Origin: Girardia tigrina
Taxonomy: Eukaryota
Assembly (NCBI GenBank): GCA_001938485.1
Contig: MQRK01197446.1
Coordinates: forward strand, 11,445-69,107
Length of the DNA stretch: 57,663 bases
Direction: 5' to 3'
Shown here: positions 26,401-34,930 of the stretch, in pieces
Numbering within the stretch: the first letter of the stretch is position 1
Layout of the letters: every line of letters starts with the position of its first letter
Notes under the pieces: generated by a model
The model's database searches: none
Told to the model about the DNA's origin: nothing
Seen by the model: the letters and a program-made list of their open reading frames with translations, nothing else
Translations under genes and position numbers: made by a program

Positions 26401-29282
26401 TTTTTACATAATCATTTATTATCATCGAGAATGAGTAAGTGTACAAAGTTTGATGAAAATAAATTGAGTAAAAAGTCTTCAAAAACATGTTTCCAAATTC
26501 CATGGATACATATGTATATACATACTATATAGAAAGTAAGTTATTAAAAAGAATGGAAAAATAATATCAAATTCATAATTACTTTTTATAAGCCATAGCT
26601 TCTACTTTCAAAATCGAATTTATTAAGGGATTCTGGATCTCTGGATTGCCAGCACTAGTCACAACTGACATAGGTGTCCAGTATAAATTCTCCCTCATAG
26701 TCTGAAAATTCTAGAATTGGTTGGCAGAACAGAGCTTCCTTCATCTTTGTAGAGGCTTCTTCACATTTCACTGACCATAAAAATTTGTCATTGTTCAACG
26801 CACGCTACTACTCTAATGTCTTCGTCTTTGTTACATAATCTTAGATAAATCTTATGCATAGATTAAAAATTTATAGGAAACTTCTCCGGTTTTTTACACA
26901 TTCCAGTTTATGGAAAGATTTCATACACTTCAATTCGACGGGTCTGATTTTAATCCTTTATCATTAAAAATATATAGTCCAAAAATAATCTCTGCTTTCA
27001 GGATATAATATTTTTTGGATATTATCTTAGGTTTGATTTTCTTATTTTGTCTAATACTTCCACCATTGTATAATATTGTTCCAATAACTTTGAAAAATAA
27101 GAATATCATATAGGTATATTTCTGTCTGTTGGATGTTTCCTAGTATCACTATCAAGAATCCCAGAGATGTTTTCAGTGTTATTGATATACCAAACAATAC
27201 ATTTTGAAACAGAGTTGTTTTATACCCCGATTCAATTTTTTTGCAATTCACAAAATATCTAGTTTCTCAACAATCTATATATAATGTTATATATCATTCG
27301 ATAGGGAATTTAAAACTGCATATTAAATATTCAACACATCTTTGTTTTAACGTGTTACTTTAATTGTCTTTCCAATTTTGCATTTTTGAAAGTTGTAAAT
27401 CGATTCAAAATTTTTGCATTAGTAATAAAAGTAAGCTGTTGTTTTTAATTTTAAAACTATATTAGTAATTTCANNNNNNNNNNNNNNNNNNNNNNNNNNN
27501 NNNNNNNNNNNNNNNNNNNNNNNNNNNNNNNNNNNNNNNNNNNNNNNNNNNNNNNNNNNNNNNNNNNNNNNNNNNNNNNNNNNNNNNNNNNNNNNNNNNN
27601 NNNNNNNNNNNNNNNNNNNNNNNNNNNNNNNNNNNNNNNNNNNNNNNNNNNNNNNNNNNNNNNNNNNNNNNNNNNNNNNNNNNNNNNNNNNNNNNNNNNN
27701 NNNNNNNNNNNNNNNNNNNNNNNNNNNNNNNNNNNNNNNNNNNNNNNNNNNNNNNNNNNNNNNNNNNNNNNNNNNNNNNNNNNNNNNNNNNNNNNNNNNN
27801 NNNNNNNNNNNNNNNNNNNNNNNNNNNNNNNNNNNNNNNNNNNNNNNNNNNNNNNNNNNNNNNNNNNNNNNNNNNNNNNNNNNNNNNNNNNNNNNNNNNN
27901 NNNNNNNNNNNNNNNNNNNNNNNNNNNNNNNGGTTATAAATATGTTCCTAGTGTATGTTCCATAATTTTAAGTGATGCTCAAAAAAAACAGCGCGTGAAA
28001 ATGGTTAGAAGCTACATAACACAGCGCATTGATTTTCATAAAGTAGTATTCACTGATGAATCTCGTTTTTCTTTGGACGGTAATGATAATTATCATACCT
28101 GGTCAAAAAACTCATGACCTATTGTCAATAGGAGACCTTACAAAGGAGGATCCATAATAGTATGGGGTGCTATGACTTATACAGGTCAATTACTACTGCG
28201 TATAATCGAAGGAAACTTAAACAGCGAGAAATATTGTGATCTTCTCAGAGATGATATTTTCCCTGTCTTAAAATCATCAATGGAGTCATTTATATTTCAA
28301 CAAGACAACGCCCCGTGTCACACAAGTAAATATACGATCAGTACCATTGAGGAGGAAGGCGTTGAAATTTTAAAATGGCCATCTCATAGTCCAGATATCA
28401 GTCCAATTGAGAAAATTTGGTCCATATTAAAGAACAGAGTGTATGAAAATACTCAGTTTAAGGATAAACAGTCTCTTTGGTCCAAAATCGAAAGTGAGGG
28501 AGAAAAGTTGACCACAAACGAACCAGATTTTTTCAAAGGTTATATGCAAGATTTTACGAAAATATGTGTGACATATTGTGCTCAAATGGTGAACTTATAA
28601 AATAAGTGTATTTTATAATAATAAATGTCATTTATTATTAAGTTGAGTGNNNNNNNNNNNNNNNNNNNNNNNNNNNNNNNNNNNNNNNNNNNNNATTTTA
28701 TAATAAAGATATTTCAAAGAAAAATATGTAAGTAAAGAAAAGGGTGAATATAACGTCTAATAGACATTTAAATTAGCTATTGAATGACATATAACATTCC
28801 ATATATAGCGTGATGTAATTAGATAATTTATCAATTGCAAAAAAATTGAATCGAGGGTTTATTTGCGTTGCAAATGCACCTTAGGGACTTCTAGTTCAAT
28901 CTGGCAGCATGCATTACCTCGGTCGATTGATAATACTTAGCTCCGTAAAGCTTATCCATCATTTCTACAAAATGCTCTCCTCTTCGTGACTAGGTTTAGA
29001 TGTCTAAAATCTAAGCATACTCTGACATTATTCTTCTCTTTCTTCGTTGTATTCCGTGGTGATTTACATTCCTTGATGATAATATTTTCATATATCATTT
29101 AATAATGTGTTAATTATTTTCAAATTTATTTACAATTTAAATCATAATTTTTCTTATATTTTGACTAATTTTAGAAAACATCGAAGCTGGTCACAAAACT
29201 ATACATAGTGGATCTTATTCATCATCCAGGTCAATTCATTCCCATTGATTCTCCCGAAGGTCGAGCTTACCGAAAACTATGA
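2140..29282 (+). CDS. ARMC3: Armadillo repeat-containing protein 3 (5'-partial, 15 exons in window, about 648 codons)
   Basis: Exons 2140-2279, 2332-2470, 2525-2611, 6288-6440, 6482-6590, 7101-7277, 9979-10051, 12882-13018, 19143-19267, 19386-19524, 20529-20615, 23340-23555, 23605-23767, 23811-23903 and 29175-29282. All are GT-AG and phase-consistent with no internal stop. Peptides follow vertebrate ARMC3 in order as recalled: NDLHVISLQVIATCLED, VQSKAALAV, EVRRSACWAV, NKFTEAA..NLNLKY, SNVIPIGSIKTGIHVHRALLFK, RGEYNRSWNE, YIVDLIHHPG. Confidence 0.93.
2332..2470 (+). CDS. ARMC3: ARMC3 exon (QLKESGGLIRLLAF...KKKKKEDE)
   Basis: Follows a 52-nt intron; phase 0 to 1. Confidence 0.88.
2525..2611 (+). 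CDS. ARMC3: ARMC3 exon (KPKESVASFTLPDVKVHACKAIMRACRN)
   Basis: Follows a 54-nt intron; gtaatt donor. Confidence 0.88.
2800..3621 (+). mobile_element. Chapaev3-type (CMC) transposon 3' remnant
   Basis: Peptide KAGIFFGPQIR...KIHFLLSH..FPENL..MSDEQEERF.QD..ME..Y.G...MMAD; ends ...CCCAGTG followed by TAA. Confidence 0.7.
3950..4330 (-). mobile_element. RTE/BovB-like LINE C-terminal remnant
   Basis: YGSECGT..IDAVEM..MKIRW..IRNRQLKFLVHIRRKEGFENEIKTGKI...RRRLTYL. Confidence 0.7.
6288..6440 (+). CDS. ARMC3: ARMC3 exon (DVRRLFHECDTERLLVLLL...)
   Basis: aaag acceptor and gtaata donor; phase 1 to 1. Confidence 0.9.
6482..6590 (+). CDS. ARMC3: ARMC3 exon (GIEHLVKLLRSDHKEVKDAVSFALANLSTGNVKNC)
   Basis: Follows a 41-nt intron; canonical ARM repeat. 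Confidence 0.9.
7101..7277 (+). CDS. ARMC3: ARMC3 exon (EIESKHGLEHLVSCL...ALVAPLKS)
   Basis: ttctag acceptor and gtatgt donor. Confidence 0.9.
9979..10051 (+). CDS. ARMC3: ARMC3 exon (STSVQSKAALAVALYLTDSKTRTE)
   Basis: attcag acceptor; conserved VQSKAALAV peptide. Confidence 0.9.
10480..12800 (-). mobile_element. Heavily deleted Ty3/Gypsy remnant interrupted by a mariner
   Basis: The protease CLLDTGVTINV (about 12470-12505) continues across the mariner TA as KADIKLYCVDKSQL. Integrase-like VPKQNKKVLIECFW.KGIKFGR at about 10670-10740. Resembles the 46933-51414 element; boundaries approximate. Confidence 0.6.
11097..12405 (+). mobile_element. Full-length (1309 bp) but inactivated mariner
   Basis: TA-flanked TIRs CAGAGTTGCCAACTAAGTTTTTTCC / GGAAAAAACTTAGTTGACAACCCTG. 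Transposase 11318-12346 has WVLHVL, TVDEMW, QDNACPH and YSPDLAPSG (last catalytic D changed to G), plus a stop and frameshifts. Confidence 0.92.
12882..13018 (+). CDS. ARMC3: ARMC3 exon (FRNNGGIATLSNLLISNNSEVRRSACWAV...)
   Basis: tttcag acceptor and gtaaga donor. Confidence 0.9.
14070..14485. repeat. Helentron/DINE-1-like non-autonomous element, copy 1
   Basis: Subterminal inverted motif TCCATTCTTT / AAAGAATGGA and an internal (TA)n; similar to 26175-26562 and 38110-38802. Confidence 0.65.
14520..15100 (-). mobile_element. Possible CR1/L2-like LINE remnant
   Basis: Degenerate pre-RT-like peptide ending in PSHYRHL (compare PSNYRPI); weak. Confidence 0.3.
15764..16015. mobile_element. hAT (Buster/Charlie-type) MITE, 252 bp
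   Basis: TIR CAGTGGTTTCCAACCT / AGGTTGGAAACCACTG with GC-rich subterminal motifs; both flanks fit NNNTANNN. Confidence 0.85.
16190..17200 (-). mobile_element. Degenerate Mutator-like (MULE) transposase
   Basis: IDWTFKVAPELF, VYALLP, VMLDFEKA, LSFVPP, YCEDNYI and LPRT motifs with stops. Confidence 0.8.
17724..18705 (-). mobile_element. Internally deleted mariner
   Basis: Degenerate TIRs TTAGGTTTGCCAAAA / TTTTGGCCAATCTAA; peptide MEIDKMELRVFIR..RSGRP..ELYCQQ..QKDNAKPYTA. Confidence 0.8.
19143..19267 (+). CDS. ARMC3: ARMC3 exon (AIKTLQDLNQTDKKRNKFTEAALNRIYDSNLNLKYALVGYL)
   Basis: ccatag acceptor and gtttga donor. Confidence 0.9.
19386..19524 (+). CDS. ARMC3: ARMC3 exon (FTDRIGDHFFDCGQQKPG...RPIILINANL)
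   Basis: ctacag acceptor and gtacgt donor. Confidence 0.9.
19755..20173. repeat. Foldback/MITE with long imperfect inverted arms (about 140 bp or more)
   Basis: AATAATTTAATTCATCTGTATATAAATGC...ATCGATTGCATGAAATCACGC is mirrored at about 20030-20173. Confidence 0.85.
20529..20615 (+). CDS. ARMC3: ARMC3 exon (low-complexity linker KPTTPAVSSLPESEEKKIQDDKAAGKKK)
   Basis: ttttag acceptor and gtaagt donor; phase 2 to 2. Confidence 0.8.
20901..21910 (-). mobile_element. Degenerate mariner (mellifera-like), 5'-truncated
   Basis: QCQNWFAKFRS, WVPH, PFLKRIITGDEKW and GIMLLPERWKYVLDQNGQY; TIR-like end after TA at 20901. Confidence 0.85.
21930..22748 (+). mobile_element. MULE 3' remnant with tandem-repeat terminus
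   Basis: CFFHFLQSIYR, AIAFV, YLEDAWIG, LPRTKNFVEGWH and IAHN motifs; about 15-bp GATGAATT subterminal repeats ending CCGGATCC. Confidence 0.85.
23340..23555 (+). CDS. ARMC3: ARMC3 exon (SKSKRDSRRSS...LEQASELA)
   Basis: tttaag acceptor and gtaagt donor. Confidence 0.85.
23605..23767 (+). CDS. ARMC3: ARMC3 exon, EDR1-like domain (FVSNCMGGP...HRALLFK)
   Basis: Follows a 49-nt intron; hallmark HRALLFK motif. Confidence 0.92.
23811..23903 (+). CDS. ARMC3: ARMC3 exon (FLADKLCISTNLRRGEYNRSWNEMWINENEG)
   Basis: Follows a 43-nt intron; gttagt donor. Confidence 0.9.
23954..24181. mobile_element. piggyBac-type MITE, 228 bp
   Basis: TTAA|CCCTCCGACCG ... CGGTCGGAGGG|TTAA. Confidence 0.9.
24752..26657 (-). 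mobile_element. Internally deleted hAT transposon with intact ends
   Basis: TIRs TAGAGCTGGCAAT / ATTGCCAGCACTA and a perfect 8-bp TSD GTCACAAC; peptides CLVNGIHLAVLDTLY and SFEAEIVFSSVG. Confidence 0.88.
26175..26562. repeat. Helentron/DINE-1-like element, copy 2 (inside the hAT element)
   Basis: Near-colinear with 14070-14485. Confidence 0.65.
27223..28859 (+). mobile_element. Tc1 (DD34E) transposon, partly in gaps
   Basis: Degenerate TIRs of about 100 bp (CGATTCAATTTTTTTGCAATT); VFTDESRF, GGSIIVWG, QQDNAPCH and SPDISPIE with D-34-E spacing; in-frame stop present. Confidence 0.9.
29175..29282 (+). CDS. ARMC3: ARMC3 terminal coding exon (KTSKLVTKLYIVDLIHHPGQFIPIDSPEGRAYRKL*)
   Basis: ttttag acceptor, phase 0, TGA stop; conserved YIVDL..HPG. 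Confidence 0.9.
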   Translation, partial: KTSKLVTKLYIVDLIHHPGQFIPIDSPEGRAYRKL

Positions 29283-29404
29283 TTTGAACGTGTTAAATGA
29301 AGAATTTATTTGTTAGTTATTAAAAAGAAGAGATAAATTTTCATTTATTAGAGTTGGAAAAAATTAAATTTTCTTTTCACGTGTTTTCTTGAAATATTGA
29401 TTCT

Positions 29405-29410
29405 AATAAA
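29405..29410 (+). promoter_or_regulatory. Candidate ARMC3 polyadenylation signal
   Basis: AATAAA about 120 nt after the stop; weak evidence in AT-rich DNA. Confidence 0.35.
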
Positions 29411-30004
29411 CAAAATGGTTCGTTGTTAATCATACACCATGAAAGAGAGGAGCCTGCAGAAATAAAATGGTTAAACAAATATTGATCCTCTACGGAGTAA
29501 TAAGAGGTGATGAAGGTTGTCTGTTTCTAAAAATCTGTGACAAACTTTAAATTCAACTGATTAATTCAGAACCCTTTGGAGGAGGATTTGAAAAAAACTA
29601 ACCAAAAATTTTATTAAGAACTTTATTAACCATAATTTACTTTTTTTATTTTACGAACTGTTATTATTCAAGCATAATTTGTACGCACTTATCCGGCGTC
29701 CTAAACACACGTATGATGGATGTTGTCTAAGAGGTCCCTGTTGAGTCGAAAGCAGAAATGGAATTTTGTTATTTCAAAACCAAACACAATTAATACAAAA
29801 TATGCATTCAATAACATGTCGACAAACACGAGGATGACAGGTTTGCTTTTTGGTGTCCGGTAATTTCATCGAGCAGTAATTTCAATTATTAAAATTAAAA
29901 ATAATTTATATTGTAAAAATTTCAAGTAAAATTGTAAAAATTAAATTATGTAAATTGCTTACTAAATTATTACTAATTTATAATTGAAGTCAAATTTTTG
30001 CAAC

Positions 30005-30404
30005 TAACGGATAACATGAAATAGTAGGACACCTACTATTTTAATAGTAGGTGGAAAAAAAATTGAAAAGCCGCCCAATATTGGTTTACACCTACTATTT
30101 GGTGCTTTTGTTTTGAACTNNNNNNNNNNNNNNNNNNNNNNNNNNNNNNNNNNNNNNNNNNNNNNNNNNNNNNNNNNNNNNNNNNNNNNNNNNNNNNNNN
30201 NNNNNNNNNNNNNNNNNNNNNNNNNNNNNNNNNNNNNNNNNNNNNNNNNNNNNNNNNNNNNNNNNNNNNNNNNNNNNNNNNNNNNNNNAACGATACACCT
30301 ACTATTTGATTCCATCTACTATTTTAATAGTAGGTGGAAAATTTTTTGAAAACTTCATTACACCTACTATTTCATGTCCACCTACTATTTGATGTTATCC
30401 GTTA
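30005..30404. mobile_element. MITE with repeated CACCTACTATTT motifs (gap inside)
   Basis: TIR TAACGGATAACAT.AAATAGTAGG at both ends; the motif repeats in both orientations; superfamily unclear. Confidence 0.75.
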
Positions 30405-30559
30405 ATTAATTAAAGTAATTTATAAATCACAAATTATGATTTTTTGACAAAAAAAAATTATTTTTACATATTTCATTATAATAAATAATATAATACATCT
30501 GAGGCGTATGTACCTCTAAATAAAAGTGGATTAGAGTCTAAAGCTTTACCAGGTGATCA

Positions 30560-32300
30560 AGATGGAAGGCCAGGAATGATGTTTGACGCGGCTAGTTTTC
30601 GGGTTGAACGTGGCACCGAAAATAATGAGATTCATAATGAACCATGTGCTTGGATCCGATAAAGAGACGCCAGCCGCCACAGATTCATACTATGACGACG
30701 TTATAGTCGACACCAGCAAAGTGTTCGCGGTGCAAGTGATTGGAGTTTTCAGCAGATTTGACCTGGAGTCCAAACAACCAGTGTAAATCAACGGGGAAGG
30801 GTACTCTGGCTCGTAATGCCGGAATTCAAAGGAGAACTGTGGTGGTTCAGAGACGGTAAAGTCCCATCACGACCAGGTCAGTTGACTCAACGGATATTTC
30901 TCTCCTTGATCGGTCAACTAGTGTGCCATTTCCCGGTTGGTGGTTGGTTAAGGCCAGAGTGTAGTTTCCTCAAGAGAGCAGCCAGTGGCGGCGGATGGGA
31001 TGAGCCTCTAGATGTGCACATGGTGGAAATCGCAAATAAGCTAGAAAAACGGCTGGAGAGCGAGGGTCCGGTGACCGGTAGATGAAAAGTTCCGCACTAC
31101 AGACGTAGATGTGTGTGATGCGATGCAAGTTCTCTTGCAAATGGAATTTCTCTAGAGATTGGAGGGAGAAGTGGTCAAGGACGTAACTAGGCTGCTCAAA
31201 GAGAACGACGCAGCGCACATAAACCTGGCGGAACTGGAGGCAGCGATCGAAGCAGTTAAAACGGCAGTAGCATGGAGCCTGGATGAGTTCGAGAACATGA
31301 CTGACTCCGCCACAGTCTTTAGATGGATGAAAAATGCGTTGAGGGGCAACGGACCAGTCAAATGCAAGGGATTGAGCGAGCTGCTGGTGAAACGACGGAT
31401 AAGTATCATCAGCCAAGCAATTGAAGAAGAATAAAGTAGATTGCATCACGAGAGTACCGAGTGAGTGGTTGTTACCAGCAAAAGGGCCTTCCGAAGTGAT
31501 GGCAGCGGGAATCGAAGGGTAGCACGAAACAGCAAATAGTCTAGAAACACTTCACAAGGTTCACCATTTCGGAGTGAAAAGAATGAAATTCCAAGCAAGA
31601 AGACTATGTATCCGAGAGTAAAATCCGAGCGGTCGTAAACGAGTGTTCTCAGTGTACGTCAATCGATCCCGCAGTAGTGAAATGGGAGAAAAACGAGCTG
31701 GGGTGAAATAAACGTGGCACAAGCTCTCAATGGATGTAACGCAAACCACCGAGGGAAAGTTAATGACTTTGGTAGACTGCGGGCCAGGACGACTCTCGGT
31801 GTGGAGAAAAATTAGATCTGAAAGCGACGAGGAGCTGTGCGCCGCTCTCAAGACAGTATTTGCTGAATTCTGGCCGACGCGAAAACTGTTGATGGTTAAT
31901 TTCGCAACTAAAATCTGAGTTAAATAATTCGAGACTATTATTTGAACGAGAATGATTAACAGAGACAAAGAACCTCTTGGAGATGACGCAGGCCGACCGC
32001 AGAATGCGAGGGGCACGCGATTGGACTACCGTTTGTTTCCTTGGGGCTCTCTTTGTCTTAACTAAATAATTAATCATTGCAAGTTGAAGTAAAAAACGTT
32101 AGTCAGAAGTGATATTAACCCCTATAGAAGCTTAGCTACCAGCCGGGCCATACTCGTTACTGGTTAAACCCGAAGGCGCTCCGAAGCACACACAACTTGT
32201 TGATGTGCGCGGAGGAGACGCGTCTGTTCCCGTAATTTTTGATGAATTATTGAGAGAAGTCTAGAATAAGTATGAGTTGCCGTTTAACTCAAAGCGGATG
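30560..32300 (+). mobile_element. Degenerate LTR-type retroelement pol (RT, RNase H, integrase) with DIRS-like RNase H
   Basis: CLTRLVFGLNVAP, YYDD, CDASSLA, HINLAELEA, TDSATV, then H..HHFG..CSQC, SMDVT and LVDCGP. Confidence 0.8.
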
Positions 32301-32499
32301 GGGGCTCAGAGCTTGCAAAAATGTTGTTGAAAGAGGGGAACACGACACGATGTTGTTGATGAAGTGATCACCATGAATGCGAAACAACTCCGAATTGGCA
32401 GTGCAACACTGCAAACGTTTGTCGCACATTTCACCGGATAGGAATCAAGGAACAAAACGTGAACACAGTTTGTGAATTACAAATGATTGCAGAATATCA

Positions 32500-33300
32500 T
32501 ATGTAGTATGGTAGCTGATGGATAGACAAAGGTCGGAAACTTATACATCGACCTAATAGATGTGACTGAAGATAATTTATTTAATCAATATCAAGTTCCC
32601 ATGTACAGTGAGAAATATGAAAGTGATGTTTTAGAGATACTGTTCGTTTACAAGTGTGAGAAAGTACATTAACTCTGAACATTACGTAAACATAGCTTAA
32701 ACCGGATTACTTCCACAAGCTAAGTAACGATACTATGGAGAACAAAGTCGACAAATTATGTTGATTAAAAATGTTTATCCCTTAAATAACTCGAAAATTG
32801 GAGATGAAACACCATGGTCATTTAATGTAAATAATTGAACATTTTTTCACAATATGCCACACGCATTAACATGTTTCATCGATAGAAAAACTGGCATAAT
32901 CGAATTAAAACAATTTAAAAGTTGTTTCAACAATTTTGACGCATAGGTTAAGTATTGCTATTACAATTATTAAGTTCAACTGTCGATCACAAATAGTTGT
33001 AAAAGAATTAAATATTTAATTTTCGACCTCCGCAAGTTGGAATGACTTCCTAAGATCTTACAACATAACAATTTACTCAAATTTTGAACCCGTTCAAACA
33101 TGTAGCAGGCTCAGTGAATTGGAATTTTCAAATCATTCATGTTTCTCATTCTCAAACGAGTACGCTGCCTAACAGCATTTAACACTTTAATGGCCGATCA
33201 CACAACGCTGTTTCCTGAGTGATTGAGTGGTAGCACATTCTGTGCAACATTTTCTGGACGATTACAAACTAATAACTGATAAAAAAGATTGCGACCACTG
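32500..33300 (+). mobile_element. Possible LINE RT remnant
   Basis: RIKYLIFD..SWND-like segment at about 33000-33050; very degenerate. Confidence 0.25.
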
Positions 33301-33365
33301 TCGAAGTTTAACTATTTCAGACCGGTCATAGAAGCATTAGTATAAAACAGATCAACAAAAACATA

Positions 33366-33940
33366 CGAGGGGTGTCCCAAAAGTTCACGGAATGATAAGT
33401 AAATTCAAAAAGTTTATTCCAGTTAACAAAATAGATCAATCCTCATCAGAATCGCTATCGAACTTTTCAATATAATCACCATTCAGTTTCACACACTTCC
33501 CATCTCTGTGTCAACTTCCTTATACCATTATCGAAGAAAATACGTGGTGTCTCCGCAATTGTTGGTCGCCTACTGCATTCATCATCCTGGAATCGTTGCA
33601 CCCACTTAAAGACAGTCGTTCTTCCCATAACGGCATCACCAAAGACGCGGTGTAAACGGTGCACAATATGTGCACTGGGGTTATCTTCCTTCCAGGGGAA
33701 ATAGATGATTGCTAGTTGAGATTTCACTACCTCTTCCATTCTAACTACAAGAGAGAAAAATGACAAATTAATACATTCGTATGTCACACACATGCCGACG
33801 AGTAGTCAATGAGAGTTCACCTCAATTAAAATTGGTTGGTTCCCCCCTCATGTCATCGTACACACACCGCGCGTTACAGTCACGCACACATGTGACGACA
33901 CCATATTCTCTCAGTCCGTGAACTTTGGGGACACTCCTGG
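33366..33940 (-). mobile_element. Non-autonomous mariner deletion derivative (irritans-like TIR), 575 bp
   Basis: TA|CGAGGGGTGTCCCAAAAGTTCACGGA with its inverted copy; the HTH (RTTVFKWVQRF) is fused to the C-terminus (FFDNGIRKLTQRWEVC). Confidence 0.88.
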
Positions 33941-34534
33941 TATATGTATCATTTAATTTCCCTTATCATTCCTCTAAGCATTCTTATTTAATACTTTTAT
34001 AGTTACAAAATTTATGGAACATGAAAAATCACATTGCATATTTTAATGTTAGGTAATATGAAGAAAAATAAGTTGCTAGAATATCTTTCTTGGGAGGGAC
34101 ATTGTCTGACGTTTTTTCTAACATGACATCTTAAACATCAAATGCATTATGATAATTCTTTCTTCGAAAAGTTTGTTTTTCGACTATCTTGAATAAATAG
34201 AGGCTAAATAAACCTTTCAAGAAGTTATATTTGTTTAATTTGATCAAAAAATACAACAGAAACTAATCGACGATCAATATTGGTGACCAAATATGTACTG
34301 AGAAAGAGTAACGCGTTCATAGCTGAGATACAGAGGACGATCTGAGGTGAAGAAATGGCGACAATTGAATAATAATTCTATTTATGCAATAATATCAAAC
34401 TGGGCACAGCACAGAACAATTCACCACATTCACACAATATATATTCATTTCGAGAGATATTTTCATAATCAGGAAAACGAGAATCGACAGAAAAGATTAA
34501 AATAGATTATAGTGGAATAGAATCACATTCACTG

Positions 34535-34930
34535 TCACTTGCGACACATTAAAGTTTCACATAAACCGTCATTGAGCGTTCTGAAACCGAGAATCTGAGA
34601 CGGATTCGATGATTTCTGAGCATTCTGCCATTCCCACGGATACCGAAATGCTCGATCACTGATCTTTGCGAATTTCGAATCTTTCGTTTCTTCTTGAGCG
34701 GCTCTAGAACGTTTGACATTTGAAGATTTCAATGGAGATGATGACTTTTTAATAGGAGAGATGCTCGATAATAGGTTTTCGATATCGATCGCATTTGTCG
34801 GAGGTTTCAATTCTGGTTCATCTTGTTTTGCTAGTTTTCTTAATGTTCTTTCGGCAACTTTGGCCAGCTTCATATTTTCTTTACTTTGTCGTTTCACTTT
34901 GACAATATTTGATGGAGACGTTTTGTTCGA
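34535..34930 (-). CDS. Terminal exon of an uncharacterised K/S-rich protein (SNKTSPSNIVKVKRQ...FRYPWEWQN...LMCRK*)
   Basis: ttttcag acceptor at 34931-32 followed by a 132-codon open frame with coding-like composition; upstream exon uncertain. Confidence 0.6.
   Translation of the reverse strand, partial: SNKTSPSNIVKVKRQSKENMKLAKVAERTLRKLAKQDEPELKPPTNAIDIENLLSSISPIKKSSSPLKSSNVKRSRAAQEETKDSKFAKISDRAFRYPWEWQNAQKSSNPSQILGFRTLNDGLCETLMCRK

Larger units (their letters stand above)
24230..29080 (-). mobile_element. Degenerate Ty3/Gypsy pol, split by Tc1 and hAT insertions
   Basis: VRVCLDFRHLN and SIDRGNA at about 28900-29050; YLYDILIF at about 27100; WSVKCEEA..FILDT at about 26680-26790; LSQKDNCG.ERVIAY at about 24680-24725. 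Left boundary approximate. Confidence 0.7.
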
